DNA from: Phoronis australis
Lineage: Eukaryota; Animalia; Phoronida
NCBI GenBank assembly: GCA_002633005.1
Contig: NMRA01000043.1
Location: forward strand, 1,023,588-1,087,587
Reading direction: 5' to 3'
DNA length: 64,000 nucleotides
The translations under genes and the position numbers were made by a program. Below, piece after piece: positions 51,397 through 62,182 of the stretch. The stretch's first letter is position 1. Each line of letters begins with the position of its first letter. Under the pieces are notes generated by a model. That model made no database searches. It saw nothing but the letters and a program-made list of their open reading frames with translations, and was not told the DNA's origin.

Positions 51397-52349
51397 CAGT
51401 TCATTACAAATGATTTCGTGACGGTTTAAGAAGCCCATATGCGCAAAAACACACTTTTCACGTATTGAATGAGAGGCAACATGGCAGCACTTTTCAACGA
51501 ACAGGGATAACGCAAAACCCAAACAGTTTTGACCGAGGGGAGAGCTTTTTAACCATGACGATGGGTCATGGCCCCAATGTACCCCCTAGTGACTGCCTTA
51601 ACATTTTCTTTCACAGCAGAAAAACAATTCCATCTCGTGTCGACTTTTAATGAGATAAGGCGAGGAATTCAGAATTAGTTTGAGACTAAGAATGCCCCAG
51701 CAAGCTTATTCGATGTATTTTTCATTTTCCGTACGACGTTACAACGTATATAATAAGTAGTCTCAAAAGGCATATACAGTTGCAAAACACGAAAAAGGGT
51801 GTTCAGTGCGTTTTGGTTCCTTTTCACAGAAGCTACACATATGAGACTGTGAAACACAAGTACGTCATAAAAATACATTTTTGGTAAGAATTCTCATCAC
51901 GGTTTTGATAAATTATTTTCCACTCAGCCATCGGTACACTTTTGGTTTTTAAAATAATGTTTTAACAAATAAAGCAGAGAGAAAGGCTTGGCGACAGAAT
52001 ATTTTCATTTAAATATAGAAATCTAATACCATAATCATACAATTTAGTAAATCAGGCTGGTTTTTCGTGAACCTGAATCCAGGAATTCCACCAAAAAGGA
52101 AGAGACATAACTCTACCTTTATCTTGTTTACGGTTCATTAATGTACTAAATACATACTCCTCGAAAAGGGATTTTAGAAGCTTGAGTGGGCAACTTAAAA
52201 CATGGTTTCCTCCAAAAATAATATTTTCCATATCCAGACAACATGAATTTTGTAGGATTTCTTTGCAAATTACTTTAAGGGACTTTATAAATGATGCAGT
52301 GTGAAGGAATCATATTTAAACCTCAATTCCAAGGAATTACTGTACATCA

Positions 52350-54350
52350 TGTAAAAACTGCGCACACTACTTACATTTGATGGTGCTTCGGTGTCAACAA
52401 TGGCTTTGACCTTCTTTGGATCTGGTGAGATTCCATCTCTACTAAAGACAAGTCCGAAAAAATCGATGGACGACTTGTTATACTCACATTTCTTGGCATT
52501 CAGTGTCAGCCCATTGTCTTGCAATGCTTGGAACACATCGTAGAGAGCCTTATCGTGGTCTTCCTGCGTCTTCCCAAACACAATTATGTCATCGGCTATA
52601 TTTTTCACACCGGGAATTCCTTTAATCATACTTTTGATCGTTTCTTGAAATATTTCAGATGCGGAACAAACACCGAAATTTAGACGCCGATAACGGAAAA
52701 GACCAGCATGCGTACTAAACGTAGCGATATAGCGAGAACTTTCATCCAACTCGAGTTGGTGATAACCGGAACGTAGGTCCAATTTACTAAAAGTTGAGGA
52801 CCCATTCAAATCTGAAATTAACTAATCAACAGTGAGCATGTGGTGGCCTTCGCGTTCAATTGCCGTATTCGGCCCACGCATATCGACGCATAATCTGATG
52901 TCATCGGAGTCCTTCTTAGGAGGGGTCACAATGGGTGAAATTCAAGGCGTCGGAGTGCCAACCTCTACCTTTTCAATGATGCCTTCTTTCAACAACTTGT
53001 TGAGCTCTTTTTCGACCTTCTCCCTCAAGTGAAACGGTGTACGCTGATGTCGAATCGCGATCGGCTTGACGTCAGGGTTAATGTGGAGTTTCACGTTTGA
53101 GTTTTTCAACTTTCCTATCCCACTGAATAGTTCTGGAAATCGGTCCTCAACACTTTTTATATTTCTCGCGACTTGGACAAGATTCAGCTTAGCGCATGTC
53201 GGGTAACCCAGCAACGAACCGTGATTGCCCTTGACTACCAGAAACTCGCAACAGGCATAAATCTGTTTTGTTTCTATGCTGACCTGACACCGTCCGATGA
53301 CCGGCAATGGGTTACATTTTCTCCAGACGACGTTTGTTTAATTTGGGTGAGCCTATTTTCGCATACGTCACCTCGTCAAGGATGTTTATTGACGCACCAG
53401 TGTCAATTATCATGTCCCATGGTCTATCATTTAACTTCACGGAAACATGTGGAATCCGAGTCGATTTCTGCTAACTCACACCATAACAATATTCCTCATC
53501 ACTCGACTCAGGTTGTTGACAGTTATCTGAGTGTGATGTAACGCCCTTTTTGTCGTTTTTAATCTCCCTTACTTTATGGGTTGTTACCGGTCTCGTTTGT
53601 CTCACACGGCAGAATTTTGCAAAATGTCCAACATTTTGACACTTATAGCAAATTTTATCTTTGGCAGGACATGGTCCTGAATGTGGATAACTTCTTCCAC
53701 AGCTGAAACATGCCTTGTTTGCCAAGTTTGGTTTAACATACCCTCGCTGTCTCGGCGTTTGTACGTTGGTACGTGGACGACTACTTTTATCTCTCATCCT
53801 ATTCATGCTATGAGTGTCTCTCTCAAGAGCTGCCGCCTGACTATCCGCAATTTCAACAGCGACCAAGTGCCAATATCTCTGCTAGAGGTTTGTCTGCCTC
53901 TCTCAGCGCTCTGCGGTGTAATTGATTGGATGAACAGTTCTGGATCACCTGAGACAGGATCTCTTGATTCGCGTTTACAAAATTACAGTTGGCAGCCAAC
54001 TGTCTCAGTTCAGTAACAAATTCATCTAACGACTGTCCGGCTTGCTGTCTGTACGTCCGAAACTGATAGATGTCCATCTGAACATTTTTCTTGAGCTTAA
54101 AATAAGACAAAAGTACCTGTTTAGTGCCCTCCTAGTCCTGCGTTGAGCCCCCCTTGTTGGCCTCATATATGTCGCACGTTTTGTCGCCAACGTAGTGCAA
54201 CAGCAGCGCCCGCTTCCTGGCCCCGTTCTCCTCCGTGTCGGCGAGTCCCATGCCGACGAACAAGTTTTCTAACTTTCCGATCCACCGTCGGAACTTCGGG
54301 CCAGCGCTAGTGCTGTCCTCACAGTCAAACTGTGGAAAAACTGGCAAACC
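52350..54350 (-). pseudogene. Gypsy gag-pro-RT pseudogene
   Basis: Broken ORFs 54132-54347, 53853-54110, 53471-53866, 52942-53307, 52285-52809. Confidence 0.9.
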
Positions 54351-54384
54351 TCATGCCTGCATTGTCCACGCTCAATGAGTTCAA

Positions 54385-54397
54385 ATCCTCGTCGCCA
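54385..54397 (-). other. Primer-binding site complementary to the tRNA-Ser(GCU) 3' end
   Basis: + strand ATCCTCGTCGCCA matches the 3' end of metazoan tRNA-Ser(GCU). Confidence 0.8.
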
Positions 54398-54398
54398 G

Positions 54399-54667
54399 TG
54401 TAATATTCTGATATTACGAAGTCAGAATATAAGACTTGCTGTATCAAATACTTTATTGGAACTAACTTAATTCACTACAAGGTGGCTTATGTAGAACAAT
54501 GACTAAGCAGCATGCAATTCTTACAATCGAAGTGGTAATACCATATATAGAACTTTCAGAAAGTCAATGGCCATTCAGGACCAGCATGCAGAGCTCAGTG
54601 ACCCTACAGCTATGGTGATGACCTATTTACTATTCTCTGTATTTCTTGCTACACTCATTTCACTACA
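54399..54667 (-). repeat. 5' LTR (269 bp) of the Mag-type element
   Basis: TG...CA termini with TGTA/TACA inverted ends; 1 nt from the PBS. Confidence 0.8.
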
Positions 54668-54697
54668 TGGATGTAACTTGACTGGTATGTCGACACT

Positions 54698-54750
54698 TGA
54701 TGTCTTGACCTGATGATGTCAAATGAATAGACGAAACGTCGAATCAACAT
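54698..54750 (+). ncRNA. Minimal type I hammerhead-ribozyme-like motif (Penelope-type)
   Basis: CTGATGA-T-GTC(aaatgaata)GAC-GAAA-CGTC; stem I imperfect. Confidence 0.45.
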
Positions 54751-54984
54751 GAACTTTTTTATTTGTGCGGTGATTGTCCGTTTTTTTGATCATTCTTTTT
54801 TGGTCTCTTCCCCATCTTGTGTTGAGCACAGTTGCGTCTTGTAGAAAGGGGTTCACGGCTTATTCGGTCTCTTTTATAGGTTCTTAAAAATACGAAAAAC
54901 GAACACGTCTTAGAGCAAGAGTGAAAACACCTATACGACTGAATGGAATAGCATTCCAATAAATAGGACAGATTACAGGAAAAT

Positions 54985-55310
54985 GACATTCTTTCCTAGA
55001 ACAGTCGCAGACTGGAATAGCTTGCCGGCCTGCATTACATCAGTCCCTTCTCTTGATATCTTCTGTCAGCAAGCTATCAGCCCTTCTGAAGTAACATAGT
55101 GGGGTGCCTCCATTTGGAGCACCCTCTTACTGACTGCCTTAGGCCTGGTACCGATCTAGCTATGTTAATCGACCTCTGAAGTGACGTCCACTATGTATAT
55201 ATATCCTTTTAATCCTGTTATAGTTGTTCTCGTTTTTGTTGATATTCATTGTTATACAGTGACATAATCGGCTTTAGAGAGTGTGGTCACTTAAACCAAG
55301 AAGAAAGAAG
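54985..55310 (+). mobile_element. 3' end of a non-LTR retrotransposon (CR1/L2/RTEX-like)
   Basis: FFPRTVADWNSLP motif typical of the ORF2 C-terminus; GAA-rich tail at ~55298-55310. Confidence 0.65.
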
Positions 55311-55311
55311 A

Positions 55312-55790
55312 TTACATCACCACGGTCGCGAATGTCAATTTCAATGGTACCGACGTAGTTTCACTGTAAAGGTTTGAACCGAATAGTCTCAAAAATTGTC
55401 TCTCCCGGCTTTCTTTCAAGGGAACAATCCTCAAAAGCGAGTGTGTCTCCGACAACTGAACGACCGACTCCACAAAAGCAGTAGACGTAGAGAGCGTAGA
55501 ATCCTCGATGAACAAACATTTTTGAGCGTAGTAAATACCCGGGCTGTCGGTATAACTCTCGTGGTCGAGCCCCAACATGTCTCTTAATTTCGGACTGAAT
55601 GTAACTTCATCCCCTTTCTTGACACACATCTTGTTAGTCACATTGTTATAGCCCAGTCTAATCCAATTCAATGATCTTTGTCTTGGCAACACAGCTCTCC
55701 AAGCATGGCGTGGAAACCATTTACCAGTTCTTTTTGGGCCGGAGCAAAATCCCGGAGCTATAGCCTTTAAAGCGCATACAAACCACTGAT
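55312..55790 (-). pseudogene. Decayed Polinton/Maverick (adintovirus-like) minor capsid (penton) gene fragment
   Basis: Across frameshifts: FSPKLRDMLG, SLYVYC, VVGDT, LLRIVP, TIEIDIRD, in the order found in Maverick pentons. Confidence 0.7.
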
Positions 55791-55869
55791 CCCGGCTTTC
55801 GTAGTTTTTGTTAATGAAAAAAATTTAAACAACTTCACTGGATGGTAAAGGATAACCCAAACCTTATTC

Positions 55870-56300
55870 ACAGAAATTGTCTATTTTTACAATGTTTCAC
55901 ACGTGTCTAACGAAATACCTTCCCATACCAAAAAAGGCCTTCCAGCAAACACTTGCCGCAATCTTGCCGCAAAGTTGCTTGCTGCAAAAGTTTCTGCAAA
56001 CCAGCCGCGAACACGTAGAATCAACTCTGACCAAAGAGTGGATGCAAATTTCCTGCAACCCAGCCGCAAACATCGCCGCAAGCTTGCCGCATGCTAGCAG
56101 CAAACATGCAGCAAATTTTTACCATGCAAATAAAGTTTGCCGCAAGCTTGCAGCAAACATCTCTATGTCCTTATATGGAACAGTTCCTGCAACCCAGCCG
56201 CACACATTGCTGCAAGCTTGCCGCAAACATCTTCATGGGGTTATATAGAAGTTTCTGCGAACCACCAGAAAAAAATATTGCTGCAAGGCTACAACATACT
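55870..56300. repeat. Array of gccgcaagcttgc / gcaaac motifs, probably a DNA-transposon subterminal region
   Basis: Repeated (tt)gccgcaa, caagcttg, tgcagcaaa motifs. Confidence 0.5.
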
Positions 56301-59300
56301 TGAATTGTGGCACGAATAATTTAATGCAAAAATGCCCTTGACAAATACACAATTTTTATTGCATGCCCGCTTGTTAAAAAGAGAAAATACACAGTCAACT
56401 GCACACTGGATTTAACACGATAATTTTCTATCTGGTGTATAATGACTAGAAATGAAAACAAAATCACATGACAATGAATAACAGAAACTATAAAAGTGTC
56501 TACAGTGGCAATTAGTAATGATACTTGTATTACAATCAAAATTGCATCTAGAGGGAACAGCTTGAATGTATGCAAGCTTTAATTACAATATACCGAGATG
56601 TTTTATTCTTAACGCACGACAAAATCTATAATAATTGCAACAATGATATTATTTACCTGACTAAAGTAACAACAGCAGCATAGAGCGTTGAAATGCGCCC
56701 AACGGGTTGTTTATTAGGCTAAGCATTGAAAATGACGCAAAATAAGTCGAATGCCAGTGGAGAAAACCATGAAATCTGACTTTCCCCCGTGGAAAGGCTT
56801 GCTTAGAACAGCATGTCGAGCATATTATCTTAAATTAGCTCATTACTTGTCAACTGAAAAAATCACTCTTAACAATTATAAACATATTTACTTTTCCCAT
56901 GTTCATCTAAAATACTTGAAAACTGTCGAATACTTCATCGATTACTAACAAAGTCTGTCTCATTAGATGCAATTTGTAATGCCCTTGGAGTGTTCGTGAG
57001 TGTAAATGATTTGAAAAGCCAGCAATGAATAAATTACCAGCGTTCTACCGACAGGCTTCAGGTGCAATAAAACTAATTGACGGGACACCGAGGTCGTGTG
57101 AGCTCATGCTAATTCAGTGTTTGCTGACAGAAACTGTTGTGAAACAGCTCAATTTCTATCCCACGGCCAGCTACGTGTTAGGGGAATCTTCATGAACATT
57201 TACATTATTCAAATTGTCAATGTACAACTTAGTGCCGTGACGGTGTGGCCAAAGCGGAACCTGAATTCGCGGCTCCCGACGAGTAAGTAGATTTGTAGTT
57301 TCGTGGTTAAGTCACCAACATAATCACGTGCACTTTACTTCTTTGGCTCACTAGTATGGTATTTTCTTGACTGGAAGTTTAGTTTCGAACTTTGGCGGAT
57401 TTATGTTCGTGATGTCTGATCGGCTTCCGAGCCACTAACCGGGATAACGAGTCAGTCCGGCCGCGACGGGCCTGATCGGGCCAGGATTACCAGCGTTTTT
57501 GTGTTTAGAACTCAAAAAATCACAAGTCTATACAACGCACAGATCTAGGTTCTCCTGTTTGTATCTCACGGAAAAATACTTCGAACTTATCTCCGAACAG
57601 ACCCCAAACTCCTGCTACGAACCTTATTGGCCTGCCGGACTACAAAGTCCAAACACCAATAAATCAGAAACAGCGAAATAAAACAACACGTTTTTATAAG
57701 AACTCACGGTGTATTTTTAAAGGTTTCACATCGAAGTTTGATGATTTATTGGTGTTAAACAATGAATTCAAGCAATAAGCTGACACCAGTAACCCGAGTG
57801 TTGTGAACTGCTGAACAGACTACGTGTGAAACCAATAACGTCATTGGATAATTTCAACACCTCCGTCTGCCGTCAGGTAACGCAACCGTACGTGCCCTTA
57901 TCTCAGTGGAGTAGAACTACTCGATCTAAATTGATACAAATTAGGTTGTTTTTTGGGTGGCATGCTCCTTTAAGGCATGAACAGGTTATACTGACCAAAA
58001 ACAAGTTTTCACCTAATAATTAACAGAAGACCTTGAGATTTTCACTCGTCTCTGTTTAACCGGCTTTTCTCGGCTTCGGCAAATCGACTTAATTTGAACT
58101 TAGGAACACGAGTTCTCGAAAACGGCTCAGTGGATTTCACTGAAACTTTCCAAACTTAATACTTATTCATCAATATCAAAAATGCTGTTGGGTTTTTCAT
58201 AAAAAGGCCTATTTTTTGCGCACCGTTAATGTAACAACAACAAATACAACTTCTATTTTTTACAAAAGTACCATACGTTTTGCGAGTTTCTTTGCCATAG
58301 AAACCAAAGGCTACTGCAAAATTCCTTACAGCATTTTTAGGTAACTGGTGAAGTCTTCCTAGGGTACTCAGTAGAATGAAGTTAATGTAGCGACATAACA
58401 CAATTATAACTTATATTTACGAGTGCACTCATTGTTTCGTTTTGATGCTCTCTATACCACTAAAGCACATTAGCTTAAAGTTTGAGAAGATCCACTGGGA
58501 CTTATTTATGTTGATGGGTTTTAGTGTTGACGCTGTACGATCTCTGTCGTTAAACACCCTTGCAGCTCTAGTTGGAATTACCCAGGTAAAACTCATTGAT
58601 CGAATTTGAGAAAATCAATGGGCTTCTCTATCTCAGTATGGTTCTTCTATGCTGCTTTTACTAGCACAGAGACACGATAAATAAATTTTGAGATAGTTCG
58701 ATGGATTATATACTTGAAGTGCATCGTGACATACGTAGGAAGTATCCAAGTAGCTGAATGCTAAAATAACCTACCAACAGACCAGTGCCAAGGAAATCAA
58801 TTTTAATTGAAAATAATAAAGACAATCGTGGACTCGCTGCGACACCAGCTCGTTCGCTCAGCAGACAAACATGTGCGACCCAGTAAAGACGTGTTGCAAT
58901 GTCCTTCGTTATTAATACACGTTTAAAAAATAATCGGTTTCTTTTCACGTAAATGACTGTCAGTTTGGTTCAAAATATATTTACGACCCACTATTAAGAA
59001 AGGTATGGGTCTGCCCAGTCTGTATATAAAACTTAATTACATAAGTAAAACTTATGTAATCCAGCACCCGAAGCATGCCTAGTCCGGTTCGTGTTTCTCT
59101 TCTCGCGTGAAGGAGGAAAATATATTGTGCCACTAGGCGGCGCCAGCAGGATTTGCATCTTTGGACACTTGATAAAATTAACACTTGAACCTACAATGGT
59201 GTCTGAACGCATTGGGTTTTTTGAATTGTGCTTTGTTATTAATACCCGGTTCATCACAAAAAAGGTTTCTTTTCCATCTTAGGTGGTTACTAGTATATCT

Positions 59301-60592
59301 CGACCTAATTAGTCTAGTACCTTTCACGGGTTAGGCATGATACGCGATATCTGTTGAAGAGTTTGGTGGTTACAATACACTGTTTCTATTATAAGGGACA
59401 TCTGTTGTTGAGTTAGGGGGTTACAATATATCTTCATTATTCTCGTACCTTACTGATACACGGGTTAGGTATACGCTACATGAAAGAGAGAACACAGGGA
59501 GATAGTTTATACAACGACCACGTCAACACGTAATGTACGCCAATTAAGGGAATAAACTTTTTGTTTCCACATAACGGAGTTCACTTTTTGCTCCTACTCT
59601 CGGTCAGTTGAACTCTACAACGCCATTTGAACGTATTCAAATTAACATCCCCATGGTAGACGGAGCCGCGTCCTAACTTACTTGATGAAGTCAGCTATCA
59701 CGTGACTTTCGATACAATTATGATCTCGTTTTCACTTCATTCCAGTTTACCAAAGACTTCCGGTTACACGGACGACCTTGACCTTGGATCAAGGTCCCTC
59801 TCCAACACACCTCATGACATCAGCAGTCACGTGACTTACCAGTCCCATTTGACATATTACACAATGACCTGTGACGTCATTGTCACTTCCTTCCGGTTTG
59901 GAGATGACGTCACTTCCAGGTAGACCTTCACCTTTGACCAATGACCTCCTGACCCTTGACCTATGAATTTGCCCTTGGTCCCCCCTAAACAAATCACAAA
60001 AATGAGGCTCATTTACGTTCTGCCGAAGAGACAGCACAGACAAAACATGGCCGAACTGATTGAAAGTACCCATTGTTCAAGCATGCAAATAAGCACGGAA
60101 CGCGCAGAAAGGTATTTGTTTAATAACCCTTTGGAGTGTATGCGTCTACGCCCCATCACTGCACCGAGACATACGTCTACGTATACCTTAAAATGATGAA
60201 CGTCATTTGATCTGCGCCTCACTGAGGCAAGTGGCAATCAAAGCCTTATCAAGAGATGCAAAAGGTTTGCCACCGAACGGATCAATTACAACTCTCAAAA
60301 ATAACCCACATCACGCACAATTTTAGTGAATTTTTTTGGTTAATTGTACATGGAGGTGTTCGTTACTTATAGATTAAGACCGTGATAACTGTTTTTTTTT
60401 GCCTTGTTACAGTTCTTGTGGTGCATACATTGATAAGTGTTCGAGAAGAGTCGTTATGCTTCAAGTTCCGTGGTAAGGCCAATGAACCCCTTTATGAATT
60501 ATACAAATTCTATTTATTTTTTGTTAACTTTGTTCTTGTATGATGTCATTATTTGCTACAGACTTGCTCTGTAAAAACACTAAATGTTGCCT

Positions 60593-62182
60593 TTAATTAA
60601 ACAATTTGTTTGCCCAAGTTTTTAAATCATTACTTGTTCGCCTAATTCTTTCCTGCAACGATGCCTTGTTTTGATTGTTATTGTACGCGACGTTCTGCAC
60701 ACCATAATTCTTGTAGTAATCTGAATCTCGTCTACCCTGGTCCTCATGACGTGCCTGAGGCTGCATACTAAAATCCGAGATTTCTTCCGGTCTACTTCGG
60801 CGTCTGTATGGTTCTGACGGAACAGCCCTCGAGGATCCGGGCGTTGTGGGATAAGGAATCTCTCTTTGTGAACTCTGTCGTCGAAGCTTTGGAGCATAAA
60901 TATCTTCCAGTTCTTCCCTTGATCGAGGGTCCAGTCGACCTGACGAATGTTGTCGATAGATGTCAGCAATGTGCTCAGCTGGTTGGACCACGTTTCGTCC
61001 TTGGTACATCTTCTTAACTCTGTCCGAAAGCGAATTTCGTTCAATTTCCACTCTGACGTCTGAAGGAATTTTCGGCCTAGATCTGAGCCATAAAATATAA
61101 TTCTCCTTCTCTTCAATGTCATTAGGTAGTTGACCTTGCATCCAAGGGCTTTTCTCAGCGCGTTTCAGGTTCAGGAGCATACCGATGTCATACTCTCTTT
61201 GAAAAAATGCTGGGTTGATTGTATATGGGCGATCTATAGCCTTGCCACTTTGCGCGGCGACTGCACCTGGGCTTAACCTGGACGCAGTCATATCAAAAGG
61301 GCTTGTGGGCCATCCAGCGAATTCAGGTGGCACTGCAGGTTGATTAGCGATGCCTTGATACCGAGCTGGTATCGGTTTTTTCGTGAATTCCTTTTCGTGC
61401 CCTTTCCTTACCTTCCCAAGCTGTCCTCTAATGTTAACTAAATGAGTGTGCTCCCCTGCAACCTCTTTATGTCGATGTATCTTTCTCTTCTCTACAGTTT
61501 CCAGTAGTTGGAGGTGTTCCTGGAAGTCATCCATTACGTCGGTATCATCGCCCCCAATCACTGTTTTCTTTAGTGCATTTACATCAATGTGGGCAGCTTC
61601 AAACGTGTCTCGGCGTTCTTCTTTCGTTTCGCCTTTGGTATCACCGGAAATGGGTGCAAACGCTTTGCTTCCGGCTGCTTTACTTTCCTTTGAAGACTTA
61701 GCTCCGACGCTAGTTTTACTGGACTTGTGCCCTCCTTTGGCTGAGCTCTTCCTTTTCTTTTTTTCTTCAGATTTACGGTGGTGATGATGGTGATGATGCT
61801 TTCCCTCATCCGATTTTTTCGCAGCCGCGTCAGGTTTACTTCCATCACGATGAACTTGATCTTTATTCTCATCGGACTTTGTTTTGTGCGATTGTTTCGA
61901 GGCCCTCTTTTCTTCTTTCCCTGCAGACTTTTTACTGTCAGAGGTTTTGACTGGCGCTGTTGTATCTGCGGGAATTCCACTTTCTTCATGTTTAACAGAT
62001 TTTGCACTCGATTTACTTTTAATTGATTTCTTACTCTCCGACTTTTTTACCTTACTTTTGCTAGCCTTTGATTTCAATGACTTTTTACTTTCTTTTTTTT
62101 CAGCTTTCTTGACTTTTGGAGACGCCTTTTTCTGTTCTTTTTTTCCTTTTGGAGACTTACTTTTCTTCTTATCTTTCGGCAT
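60593..62182 (-). CDS. Uncharacterised Lys/Ser-rich basic protein (~529 aa), one uninterrupted ORF
   Basis: 1.6-kb open frame in AT-rich DNA; first ATG gives MPKDKKKSKSPKGKK; SPK motifs, His7 tract, mostly low-complexity; no recognised domain. Confidence 0.8.
   Translation of the reverse strand: MPKDKKKSKSPKGKKEQKKASPKVKKAEKKESKKSLKSKASKSKVKKSESKKSIKSKSSAKSVKHEESGIPADTTAPVKTSDSKKSAGKEEKRASKQSHKTKSDENKDQVHRDGSKPDAAAKKSDEGKHHHHHHHRKSEEKKKRKSSAKGGHKSSKTSVGAKSSKESKAAGSKAFAPISGDTKGETKEERRDTFEAAHIDVNALKKTVIGGDDTDVMDDFQEHLQLLETVEKRKIHRHKEVAGEHTHLVNIRGQLGKVRKGHEKEFTKKPIPARYQGIANQPAVPPEFAGWPTSPFDMTASRLSPGAVAAQSGKAIDRPYTINPAFFQREYDIGMLLNLKRAEKSPWMQGQLPNDIEEKENYILWLRSRPKIPSDVRVEIERNSLSDRVKKMYQGRNVVQPAEHIADIYRQHSSGRLDPRSREELEDIYAPKLRRQSSQREIPYPTTPGSSRAVPSEPYRRRSRPEEISDFSMQPQARHEDQGRRDSDYYKNYGVQNVAYNNNQNKASLQERIRRTSNDLKTWANKLFN

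Larger units (their letters stand above)
52350..54667 (-). mobile_element. 3'-truncated, degenerate Ty3/Gypsy (Mag-type) LTR retrotransposon
   Basis: 5' LTR 54399-54667 (TGTA...TACA, internal TATA and AATAAA); PBS TGGCGACGAGGAT; gag with two CCHC knuckles (CFSC..H...C, CYKC....H....C); protease IIDTGAS; RT (KLDLRSGYHQ, LNFG, NIADDII); stops and frameshifts; ends just after the RT core, no RNase H/integrase or 3' LTR. Confidence 0.92.

Noticed and set aside
52285-54667. Active or domesticated Gypsy gene
   Set aside because: Multiple stops and frameshifts; RNase H, integrase and 3' LTR missing
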